Source: a virus (taxonomy: Duplodnaviria; Caudoviricetes). From it: 64,000 nucleotides of DNA. The stretch is from positions 64,001 through 128,000 of the IMG/VR virus record IMGVR_UViG_3300032292_000618. One strand, given 5' to 3'. How positions within the stretch are numbered: the stretch's first letter is position 1; each line of letters starts with the position of its first letter. This document shows, in pieces, positions 9,211-16,538 of the stretch. The translations under genes and the position numbers were made by a program. The notes under the pieces were generated by a model, which searched no databases, was not told the origin of the DNA, and was given only the letters and a program-made list of their open reading frames with translations.

Positions 9211-10375
9211 AACAACTGCAGATAGAAATAAAGCCATGGAAGGAATGACAGTATTTAATACCAATCCAGTTGATTCAAAAAAGCAACCAATGTTTTTTGG
9301 ACAACCTCTTGGGGTCCAAAGATATGATTCATACAAGTATCCAATCTTTGAAAAACTCACAACTCAACAACTTGGATATTTTTGGAGACCAGAGGAGGTC
9401 TCCTTACAGAAAGACAGGGGAGATTATCAAACTCTTCGTCCTGAACAAAAACACATTTTTACTTCTAATTTAAAATATCAAATTCTTTTAGATTCAGTTC
9501 AAGGAAGAGGACCTGGAATGGCATTTCTTCCATACTGCTCTCTTCCTGAATTGGAAGCATGTATGACAGTGTGGGAATTTATGGAAATGATCCATTCTAG
9601 ATCTTATACTTACATCATCAAAAATGTATATTCTGATCCAACAGAAGTATTTGATACTATTTTGAATAATGAGAAAATTCTAGAACGTGCATCTACAGTA
9701 ACCAGTGCCTATGATGATTTTATTAATAGTGCACAATCTTATGGTAATTCAAATCTCTGGGTTCATGCTTTGGAAGGAGTTCCTTCTGCACAAGAAGAAA
9801 GAATAGCAATTAAAAGAAAACTTTATAGAGCAATAGCTAATGTCAATATTCTCGAAGGTATCAGATTCTATGTCTCTTTCGCTTGCTCGTTTGCGTTTGG
9901 TGAACTCAAACTTATGGAAGGATCAGCTAAAATTATCTCTCTCATCGCACGAGACGAAAATCAACACCTTGTCATTACTCAAAACATCCTCAATAAGTGG
10001 CGTGAAGGAGATGATCCAGAAATGCAAAGGATCGCTAAAGAAGAAGAATCTTGGGTGATAGAAGCATTTAAAAATGCAGTTAATCAAGAAAAGTATTGGG
10101 CAGAGTACCTGTTCAAAGATGGTTCTATGATTGGTTTAAATGATAAACTATTACAGCAATATGTTGAGTGGATTGCAAATCGTAGAATAAAGGCAATTGG
10201 CATTAAACCAATTTATGATGTTCCTGCTAAAACTAATCCACTTCCTTGGACTGAACATTGGATTAGTTCTAAAGGTCTTCAAGTGGCACCACAAGAAACA
10301 GAAGTTGAGAGTTATGTGGTTGGTGGTATTAAGCAGGACGTAAAGAAAGATACCTTTGCTGGATTCAAACTGTAA
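9185..10375 (+). CDS. nrdB: Ribonucleotide reductase class Ia, beta subunit
   Basis: FWRPEE, EMIHSRSY, LEGIRFYVSF, RDENQH, VAPQETE. Confidence 0.98.
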   Translation: MTVNHVKFRTTADRNKAMEGMTVFNTNPVDSKKQPMFFGQPLGVQRYDSYKYPIFEKLTTQQLGYFWRPEEVSLQKDRGDYQTLRPEQKHIFTSNLKYQILLDSVQGRGPGMAFLPYCSLPELEACMTVWEFMEMIHSRSYTYIIKNVYSDPTEVFDTILNNEKILERASTVTSAYDDFINSAQSYGNSNLWVHALEGVPSAQEERIAIKRKLYRAIANVNILEGIRFYVSFACSFAFGELKLMEGSAKIISLIARDENQHLVITQNILNKWREGDDPEMQRIAKEEESWVIEAFKNAVNQEKYWAEYLFKDGSMIGLNDKLLQQYVEWIANRRIKAIGIKPIYDVPAKTNPLPWTEHWISSKGLQVAPQETEVESYVVGGIKQDVKKDTFAGFKL

Positions 10376-10386
10376 CAAATGTTACA
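10371..10386. promoter_or_regulatory. NtcA-binding site
   Basis: TGTAACAAATGTTACA matches TGTA-N8-TACA and is a near-perfect palindrome; immediately upstream of a glutamine riboswitch. Confidence 0.7.
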
Positions 10387-10410
10387 AAATAACTTGTATA
10401 AATTATAATA

Positions 10411-10452
10411 CGTTCACCCATAAGGGCGGAAGTAGGGAAACTGAAGGAACGC
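10411..10452 (+). ncRNA. Glutamine riboswitch (glnA RNA motif)
   Basis: P1 CGTTC/GAACG; P2 CCC-ATAA-GGG; E-loop GGAAGTA...GAAG; short P3 capped by GAAA. Confidence 0.88.
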
Positions 10453-10483
10453 ACCAATACCCACAAAGTAAAGGAGCAAACCT

Positions 10484-10564
10484 ATGGCACTTATTTTAAT
10501 TAGACAAAAAATGCTTAAAGAGATGAGATTAAAACAATCTCAACTGTATATGGCTATGGTGTGA
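10484..10564 (+). CDS. 26-aa riboswitch-associated peptide MALILIRQKMLKEMRLKQSQLYMAMV
   Basis: AAGGAG Shine-Dalgarno at 10471-10476; lies between the riboswitch and a terminator. Confidence 0.75.
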   Translation: MALILIRQKMLKEMRLKQSQLYMAMV

Positions 10565-10568
10565 TATT

Positions 10569-10596
10569 GAGAGGGTCTTCTGACCCTCTTTTTTTT
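10569..10596 (+). terminator. Rho-independent terminator
   Basis: GAGAGGGTC-ttct-GACCCTCT followed by a T-run. Confidence 0.85.
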
Positions 10597-10603
10597 ATAA
10601 ATA
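10596..10603 (+). promoter_or_regulatory. T4-type late promoter
   Basis: TATAAATA. Confidence 0.75.
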
Positions 10604-10620
10604 CTTAAAAAGTTATAGCT

Positions 10621-11427
10621 ATGTTGTCACCTAAAGAATTTCAAAATCTTTATATGTCCATGTATGAGGCAAGAGATGATGATGCAAGGGAGATGAGAAG
10701 ACTTGCTGCTGCTGAAAGACGTGCAGGCAACTCTGATAGAATGGATGCAAAGACAGCATCAAAGTATGCTGGATCAGAAGCAAAGTCAGCAGAAAGAGAA
10801 GATAGGAAATCTAAAGGTAAGCATATTCATGGAATGGCAGATTCTGTTGAGTTGAAAGGTGATATTATTGATGAAAAGAAAGATGATTCATATCTAGAGA
10901 CAGATATGAATAAGAGAAAAAAGAATAATGAAAAGGCAATTGAAGATATGCAGAAGACCAAGGCACATGCTGATATGGTCAAAGCAGCACGTAGACATTT
11001 TGGTGAAGCAAAAAACAAAGAAGGTAAAGAGCAAGGTGCTGATGGTAAAGCTTGCTGGAAAGGTTATAAGTATGCTGGTACTGAAAAGGGCAAAGATAAG
11101 TGTATAAAGTCCGAAGAACTTGAATTAGATGAAAGAGCACTTGATACTGCAGAGACTGGTGAAAAGGAAAGACTTGTAACAGGAATGAAGAAGTCTGCAT
11201 CAGACTTTAAGAAGAGATATGGTGCAAAAGCAAAGTCAGTTATGTATGCAACTGCTACCAAAATAGCAAAGAAAAATATGGATACTTCACAATCAGATAG
11301 AAGATATTCAGTTGAAGAGGTAGATGCTGAGCATAGAACTAGAAAACCATCTCAAATTGCCAAAAGAGAAAAACTTACTAGACTTTTAGATCAAATCAGA
11401 TCTAAAAAAGGCGAAAAGGAAGGTTGA
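10621..11427 (+). CDS. Charged modular protein, probable internal head protein
   Basis: Late promoter; modules KACWKGYKYAGT and DFKKRYG...VMYATATK separated by acidic xxE sites. Confidence 0.65.
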   Translation: MLSPKEFQNLYMSMYEARDDDAREMRRLAAAERRAGNSDRMDAKTASKYAGSEAKSAEREDRKSKGKHIHGMADSVELKGDIIDEKKDDSYLETDMNKRKKNNEKAIEDMQKTKAHADMVKAARRHFGEAKNKEGKEQGADGKACWKGYKYAGTEKGKDKCIKSEELELDERALDTAETGEKERLVTGMKKSASDFKKRYGAKAKSVMYATATKIAKKNMDTSQSDRRYSVEEVDAEHRTRKPSQIAKREKLTRLLDQIRSKKGEKEG

Positions 11428-11439
11428 ATTAAAATAAAT

Positions 11440-11468
11440 AAAGGGGAGATTAATTCTCCTCTTTTTTT
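11440..11468 (+). terminator. Rho-independent terminator
   Basis: AAAGGGGAGA-tta-aTTCTCCTCTTT followed by a T-run. Confidence 0.7.
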
Positions 11469-11474
11469 GTATCT

Positions 11475-11765
11475 ATGGAAAATGCTCCTGATTCATCTAA
11501 AGATGTTGTAGACATTCTTGCTAAGGTAGAATACCTTAACGCTGAGAATGATAAATTAAAAGTATCATTAGAATCTGCTAATACTCTTAATATTCAACCA
11601 AAAGGTACAGTCTTTGGAGCAAAACTTAAAGTAGAAAATAATGGGAATGTTGCTACATCTGTAATTTTTGATACTAAAAAACTTAGAGACAAAGGGAGAT
11701 ATACATCTCCAAAAGATGCTTTAGATCAAGCACTAAAAGATTTTTTGGACAATCAAAATGTTTAA
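11475..11765 (+). CDS. Hypothetical protein
   Basis: 96-aa ORF. Confidence 0.65.
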   Translation: MENAPDSSKDVVDILAKVEYLNAENDKLKVSLESANTLNIQPKGTVFGAKLKVENNGNVATSVIFDTKKLRDKGRYTSPKDALDQALKDFLDNQNV

Positions 11766-12216
11766 AATATTCGAGATCAGAGAAGGAAAATTTACTGCTC
11801 TTCCTCAGTTAAGTTCTAAAAAAATCAAAGGATTTTTTATAATTTCTGCTGTAATGATAGGCATTTCCTTATTATCTGGGTGGTTAAATATATCCGAAAA
11901 ACAACTTTGGAAGTACTATCAACTTTTACTTGAGCAATTAAATCTTAAGCAAGAACTTCCAGATTTAAGAAATAATGACAAGAAGTTAGAAGCAGAAATA
12001 GAAGTAGAAGTAGATAGAGCAATCAGAGAGTATGAGCAGTGGGAGTCCTCTGTCCCCCCCAGGATGACCAACAAGGTCATCTTAGAGGATCTAAAGTCCC
12101 CAAAGTTCTCTGACACTCAGAGGTTGATCGTGAAGGATGCCATCTACTATGAGTGCCCTGAAGGAGTTATGGGCATCAGAGCTGTGTGGGTTGACAAAGA
12201 TCCTGAATGTAACTAG
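11758..12216 (+). CDS. Hypothetical membrane protein
   Basis: Transmembrane segment GFFIISAVMIGISLLSGWL. Confidence 0.7.
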   Translation: MFKIFEIREGKFTALPQLSSKKIKGFFIISAVMIGISLLSGWLNISEKQLWKYYQLLLEQLNLKQELPDLRNNDKKLEAEIEVEVDRAIREYEQWESSVPPRMTNKVILEDLKSPKFSDTQRLIVKDAIYYECPEGVMGIRAVWVDKDPECN

Positions 12217-12219
12217 AAT
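12191..12219 (+). promoter_or_regulatory. Sigma70-type promoter
   Basis: TTGACA-17 nt-TAGAAT. Confidence 0.7.
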
Positions 12220-12268
12220 CACTCTGTTAGGTTTCAAGGATAAATAATAGCTTATAGGATTTACTTAT

Positions 12269-12727
12269 ATGAGCTATGATAATCCTTGGAAATATCAAGG
12301 AAAGGTCTTTGAATCAGAAGATATTCAAGACAACTTTGGATTTGTTTATCTTATCACAAATAAAATAAATTCAAAACAATATATTGGTAGGAAGTATTTT
12401 TGGGCTTTTAGAACGCCTAAAGGAAAAAAAAGAAAAGTAAAACAAGAAAGTGATTGGAAAAAGTATTATGGGTCTTGTCCAGAACTTAAAGAAGATATCA
12501 TCAAGTATGGTAGAGAGAATTTTGTTAGAGTTGTTCTCTCAATACATCAAACAAAGGGCAAAACTAATTATGAGGAAACAAGGCAACTGTTTGTCAACAA
12601 CGTCCTCACTGAGTCCCTTGACAACGGAGACCCAGCATTCTATAATAGCAACATCCTCTCAAGATATTTTAGGAAAGATTATTATGAACCAATCGCAAAT
12701 GATCACTCTTTGCCAAAAAGAAGTTGA
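12269..12727 (+). CDS. GIY-YIG family nuclease
   Basis: GFVYLITN...YIGRK; YYGS; NYEE; FYN. Confidence 0.85.
   Translation: MSYDNPWKYQGKVFESEDIQDNFGFVYLITNKINSKQYIGRKYFWAFRTPKGKKRKVKQESDWKKYYGSCPELKEDIIKYGRENFVRVVLSIHQTKGKTNYEETRQLFVNNVLTESLDNGDPAFYNSNILSRYFRKDYYEPIANDHSLPKRS
12618..12646 (+). promoter_or_regulatory. Consensus sigma70 promoter inside the GIY-YIG gene
   Basis: TTGACA-17 nt-TATAAT. Confidence 0.8.
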
Positions 12728-12872
12728 TCATATGATTGATCGTATGCATGATCTTTGTGCAGAAGGAAGAGTAGATGATGCAAAATCTTTATATGATGAA
12801 ATTAAAGATTGGATTTCTCTAGAAGAGGGTATTGATGTAATGTCGCTTGACTATATTAATGGTATTTTGTAA
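12684..12872 (+). CDS. Hypothetical protein, 62 aa
   Basis: ATG 12684 follows the internal promoter; acidic and helical. Confidence 0.65.
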   Translation: MNQSQMITLCQKEVDHMIDRMHDLCAEGRVDDAKSLYDEIKDWISLEEGIDVMSLDYINGIL

Positions 12873-12927
12873 CATTACTAAATAATCAATCATAATGATC
12901 TTTATAATGAGTCTTTGATTATGACTT

Positions 12928-12990
12928 AGAGCCGTGGGTAATGCCCCCTGAAAAGATGGGAACTTCTCCTTTACCTAGACGGATGTAGAA
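12928..12990 (+). ncRNA. Putative structured cis-regulatory RNA, family unassigned
   Basis: CCGT-GGGTAA pairs with TTACCT-ag-ACGG and encloses a GAAA-capped hairpin; GC-rich island in an AT-rich leader. Confidence 0.55.
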
Positions 12991-13004
12991 TTCAATTAAC
13001 TTAA

Positions 13005-13655
13005 ATGCTTTCAAACTTTACACTTGTGACTGTTTCTCTTATTGGAGCAGTTGCAACATCAGCGGCAACACTGCCATCACCTAGTTTTGCTACTTCCACA
13101 GTTAAGCAACCATTTGCTATTATTCAAGAAGAACCAAGTAAAACTAAAGAGACAGCGACCAAAGAGGTTGCTCCAGAAAACCCAAAGGAGAAAAAGTTAA
13201 TTTGTAAAGGGTGTAATACATATGAATCCCATGCTCTGGAATTTCTCCAGAAAAAAGGAATCACTGACAAAAATGCCCTTGCTACCATTATGGGCAATAT
13301 TAGGCAAGAGTCAACATTTATTCCTAATATTTGCGAAGGTGGTGCTAGAACATCATATCATGGATGTACCAGTGGAGGTTATGGATTAATTCAATGGACA
13401 TCTAGTGATAGGTATCGTGGGTTAGGCGTTCATGCTACCAGAATTGGTAGTAGTGCATCTTCTATTGATACTCAATTAGATTATATGTTCACTGAACAAC
13501 AGTGGAAAAGAATTGAAAACCACATGAAAAGGCCAGGAAAATCTATTAATGACTATATGCGTCTTGCTTATAGTTGGATTGGTTGGGGTCATCATGGTTC
13601 TAGGACTTATTATGCTTATGACTATGCTAGAAAAATGACATTTTCTAATAGTTGA
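13005..13655 (+). CDS. Signal-peptide-bearing lysozyme (phage tail lysozyme-like domain)
   Basis: Hydrophobic N-terminus; ATIMGNIRQES, GYGLIQWT, TQLDY. Confidence 0.8.
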   Translation: MLSNFTLVTVSLIGAVATSAATLPSPSFATSTVKQPFAIIQEEPSKTKETATKEVAPENPKEKKLICKGCNTYESHALEFLQKKGITDKNALATIMGNIRQESTFIPNICEGGARTSYHGCTSGGYGLIQWTSSDRYRGLGVHATRIGSSASSIDTQLDYMFTEQQWKRIENHMKRPGKSINDYMRLAYSWIGWGHHGSRTYYAYDYARKMTFSNS

Positions 13656-13680
13656 CAAACTGAATAGTGGGAGTTATAAT
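13652..13680 (+). promoter_or_regulatory. Sigma70 promoter for tRNA-Gly
   Basis: TTGACA-17 nt-TATAAT. Confidence 0.85.
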
Positions 13681-13695
13681 ACTCCCATACTTAAT

Positions 13696-13766
13696 GCGAA
13701 ATTGGTGTAGTGGTAACATCCCATCCTTCCAAGTTGGTGTCACGGGTTCGAATCCCGTATTTCGCT
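13696..13766 (+). tRNA. tRNA-Gly(TCC)
   Basis: Acceptor GCGAAAT/ATTTCGC; anticodon loop CT-TCC-AA; T arm ACGGG-TTCGAAT-CCCGT; no encoded CCA. Confidence 0.95.
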
Positions 13767-13767
13767 T

Positions 13768-13791
13768 CCCCAGATTATTCTGGGTTTTTTT
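13768..13791 (+). terminator. Rho-independent terminator
   Basis: CCCAGA-ttat-TCTGGG followed by a T-run. Confidence 0.8.
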
Positions 13792-13798
13792 ATAAATA
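13791..13798 (+). promoter_or_regulatory. T4-type late promoter for the porin gene
   Basis: TATAAATA. Confidence 0.7.
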
Positions 13799-13829
13799 AA
13801 AACTGTAGTTATAATTCTTAACAAACTAT

Positions 13830-15311
13830 ATGAAATTTCTCAAACAACTGATGCTAGTGCCTGTTGCTCTGGGACTTGTTGCTCCTGCTGCGAATGCTGC
13901 AGATCTTAATCTAGAAGGAGTTGATAAGTATGCCTCAGCACAACAAGTTACTAGTATTGCACAATTTTCAGATGTTCGTCCTACTGACTGGGCATATCAA
14001 GCACTTGGCAACCTTGTAGAGCGTTATGGTTGTGTTGCTGGTTATCCCAATGGCACCTTTGTTGGTCGTCAGGCAATGACTAGATTTGAAGCAGCTGCTC
14101 TTCTGAATGCTTGCTTGGATCGTGTAACTGAAACTACTGATGAGCTCAAAAAACTTCTTGCTGAGTTTGATACAGAACTTACTGTTATCACTGCTCGTGT
14201 AGATGGTCTTGAAAGCAAAGTTGGACAACTGCAGGCAACTCAGTTTTCAACTACTACCAAACTCAAGGGTGAAGCAAACTTTGTTCTTGGTGGAGTTCCT
14301 GGTCTTAAAACGAATGCTGGTGGAAACGTTGGCAACACCGCATTCAACTATGATCTCCGTCTGAACTTTGATACTTCATTCACTGGTAAGGACTTGCTTC
14401 GTACTCGTCTGCGTTCTGGTAACTTTAGTACTGATCCTTTTGGATCTAGTTCTTCACTGTTCAAACTTGATAAGGCAGAGTCTTATGATGATCAAGTAAA
14501 AATTGATCGTCTGTACTATCAGTTCCCAGTTGGGAAGAGTGTAACTCTAACTGCTGGTCCTCTAGTTCGTAACACTGAGATGGCTTGGATTCCTTCTGTT
14601 TATAAGTCAGAAATTCTGGACTTCTTCCAACTTGGTGGTACATCTGGTGTTTATAACAAAGCAACTGGTGCTGGTTTTGGTGCTCAATGGAAGCAACCTA
14701 CCCAAAAAGGTAAGGGTGGTTTCGTTGCTGGACTGAACTATGTTTCACAGGATGGTGATAGTACTGAAACTGGTGTGTTTAATTCAGACAGTGGATTGAA
14801 CTTCATGGCACAAGTTGGGTATCGTGCTCCTCAATGGGGTGCTGCTGTTGCTTATCGTTATGGTACTGAAGGCAGTCGTGTTCGTACCTTTAATGCCCTT
14901 GGTGGTGGATCTGGTGTCCTTGCTACTGGACAAGAAAGCAATAGCATTGCTGCTAATGCTTACTGGCAACCTTCCCAAAGTGGATTCGTGCCTTCCATTT
15001 CAGTAGGTTATGGATACAATGATGTTGATGGTGCTGGTAAGAAAACTGGTGCTACTGATTCTGATTCCTGGTTCGTTGGACTTCAGTGGTCTGATGTGTT
15101 TGTTCAAGGTAATGCTGCTGGCATTGCTGTGGGTCAACCTGGAAATTCTGATAACATCTCTGATGATGCTACGATGCTTGAAGTTTTCTACAAGTATAAA
15201 GTTTCAGACAACATCAGCATCACTCCTGCTATCTTCTATGTAAGTAACAACCAAAGATTCCAAAATGAATCTGCTTGGGGTGGTGTGGTTCAGACCAAGT
15301 TCACATTCTGA
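13830..15311 (+). CDS. Cyanobacterial outer-membrane porin with SLH domain (SomA/iron-uptake porin family)
   Basis: Signal peptide; SLH FSDVRPTDWAYQAL...GYPNGTF...TRFEAAA; QFSTTTKLKG; C-terminal TKFTF. Confidence 0.95.
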   Translation: MKFLKQLMLVPVALGLVAPAANAADLNLEGVDKYASAQQVTSIAQFSDVRPTDWAYQALGNLVERYGCVAGYPNGTFVGRQAMTRFEAAALLNACLDRVTETTDELKKLLAEFDTELTVITARVDGLESKVGQLQATQFSTTTKLKGEANFVLGGVPGLKTNAGGNVGNTAFNYDLRLNFDTSFTGKDLLRTRLRSGNFSTDPFGSSSSLFKLDKAESYDDQVKIDRLYYQFPVGKSVTLTAGPLVRNTEMAWIPSVYKSEILDFFQLGGTSGVYNKATGAGFGAQWKQPTQKGKGGFVAGLNYVSQDGDSTETGVFNSDSGLNFMAQVGYRAPQWGAAVAYRYGTEGSRVRTFNALGGGSGVLATGQESNSIAANAYWQPSQSGFVPSISVGYGYNDVDGAGKKTGATDSDSWFVGLQWSDVFVQGNAAGIAVGQPGNSDNISDDATMLEVFYKYKVSDNISITPAIFYVSNNQRFQNESAWGGVVQTKFTF

Positions 15312-15332
15312 TAAACAACTCATAACATGAGT

Positions 15333-15362
15333 AGAACCACCCTCAAAAGGGGTGGTTTTTTT
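15333..15362 (+). terminator. Rho-independent terminator
   Basis: AACCACCC...GGGTGGTT followed by a T-run. Confidence 0.85.
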
Positions 15363-15408
15363 ATAGATGATTTGCTATTGATAAATATAAAAAATATTAT
15401 GTAGACCT

Positions 15409-15660
15409 ATGTTAAAAATAAGGTGCAAAAATTGTAATACAGAATTAATATCACATCCAATAAGAACTAAATGTTGTGGATGTGAAAATATGTCTTCTAT
15501 AACAGGAGAAACCATTACAGCAATTGACTTGACATTAGTTGAATTGTTGAGTAGTATAGACAAGAAGAATAAAGATTCTCTTTTTTCAAAAGAAGATCTT
15601 GCTTTTCAGGAAGCAAGAAAAAAACGTAAAATCAAAAAATTGGAGTTTGAAATTAAATGA
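15409..15660 (+). CDS. Zn-ribbon hypothetical protein
   Basis: CKNC...CCGCEN. Confidence 0.75.
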   Translation: MLKIRCKNCNTELISHPIRTKCCGCENMSSITGETITAIDLTLVELLSSIDKKNKDSLFSKEDLAFQEARKKRKIKKLEFEIK

Positions 15661-15812
15661 GTTGGGAGTCCCCAAAGTTAGGAAAAGGTGATGTTGAATT
15701 AATCACTCTTGCACTAGATGACTACATATATTATTCTAAGCAAGATGGAATGGACGTTCGAGAAGCAGAAAAAATGTTGCTTAGATTAAATGACCATTTA
15801 CAAAAATTCTAA
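15657..15812 (+). CDS. Hypothetical protein, 51 aa (not in ORF track)
   Basis: MSWESPKLGKGDVELI...; ATGA and TAATG overlaps with neighbours. Confidence 0.65.
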   Translation: MSWESPKLGKGDVELITLALDDYIYYSKQDGMDVREAEKMLLRLNDHLQKF

Positions 15813-15967
15813 TGGATCAACACACCTATGATAATTGGGTGAAAATAAAAGAAACATTTGAAAAATCTGGTAATACCAATAATATGTTTTACAAAAGAGC
15901 ATGTGCTATAATAAAAACTAAAATAGATCCTATGGATAAATTTTGGAGCAACAAAGAAAAAGCTTGA
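15812..15967 (+). CDS. Hypothetical protein, 51 aa (not in ORF track)
   Basis: MDQHTYDNWVKIKETFEKSGNTNNMFYKRA... Confidence 0.7.
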   Translation: MDQHTYDNWVKIKETFEKSGNTNNMFYKRACAIIKTKIDPMDKFWSNKEKA

Positions 15968-15992
15968 CCTAACCCCAAGTTTATAGTATGAT
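15964..15992 (+). promoter_or_regulatory. Sigma70-type promoter
   Basis: TTGACC-17 nt-TATGAT. Confidence 0.65.
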
Positions 15993-16013
15993 AACTAAAT
16001 CAACTTCAACATT

Positions 16014-16205
16014 ATGGAACAATTTACTATTGAACACTTTCAACAAGATTTTGATAATTTGTTGAATAGAGTTGAAAATGGAGAATCATTTTTAATCACA
16101 AGTGAATATGGTAATGCTGTAATGACTCCTTATGTTGGAAAAAACCAACTAAGTCTAGTTGATGAATTTGTTAAGATCCACACAGAACATGAAGATGGAC
16201 CTTAA
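16014..16205 (+). CDS. Phd/YefM-like antitoxin-fold protein
   Basis: FTIEHFQQDFDNLLNRVENGESFLIT...NAVM matches the Phd N-terminal pattern. Confidence 0.65.
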   Translation: MEQFTIEHFQQDFDNLLNRVENGESFLITSEYGNAVMTPYVGKNQLSLVDEFVKIHTEHEDGP

Positions 16206-16213
16206 CTTTTTTA

Positions 16214-16285
16214 GGGAGTATAGCTTAATGGTTAGAGCGGGCTCCTTATAAGGGCTTAGTCTGGGTTCAACTCCCAGTATTCCCA
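16214..16285 (+). tRNA. tRNA-Ile(TAT)
   Basis: Acceptor GGGAGTA/TATTCCC with discriminator A; anticodon loop CT-TAT-AA; T arm CTGGG-TTCAACT-CCCAG. Confidence 0.92.
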
Positions 16286-16310
16286 TTTGCTATTCGCAAA
16301 TAGCAAATAT

Positions 16311-16500
16311 AGTCATGGAGAGACTTTAAAAACCCTGGTCGGGATGAACCCCCTTCAGTCATGGAGAGACTTTAAAAATCCTGGTGGAGTCAATATGACC
16401 CTCATTAGGTTTCCAATTTCCTCAAAAAATTGGTGGTGCGGATGGAGGTTACTCCCGCCTGGTTTCCAATTTCCAGTTAAAGAATTGGTGGCGTGCATGA
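16311..16500 (+). ncRNA. Tandem-pseudoknot structured RNA, manA-like
   Basis: Two copies of AGTCATGGAGAGACTTTAAAAAyCCTGGT and two of GGTTTCCAATTTCC...AATTGGTGG; located between a tRNA and sugar-nucleotide genes, the context reported for manA RNAs. Confidence 0.7.
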
Positions 16501-16510
16501 AAGACCTAAT

Positions 16511-16538
16511 AGGAGAGTTGCATAAACTCTCCTTTTTT
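16511..16538 (+). terminator. Rho-independent terminator
   Basis: AGGAGAGTT-gcata-AACTCTCCT followed by a T-run. Confidence 0.85.

Noticed and set aside
6913-10375. Introns or inteins in nrdA/nrdB (also psbA, thyX)
   Set aside because: Frames are continuous, lengths normal and no splicing motifs seen
10372-10388. RpaB HLR1 site instead of NtcA
   Set aside because: The direct repeats are 9 nt apart rather than 10; the palindrome fits NtcA and the riboswitch context
16311-16490. Repeats as a mini-CRISPR array
   Set aside because: Two different repeat pairs, a spacer of only 17 nt in the first pair, no cas operon; the 42038 exonuclease is a standard T4-like gene
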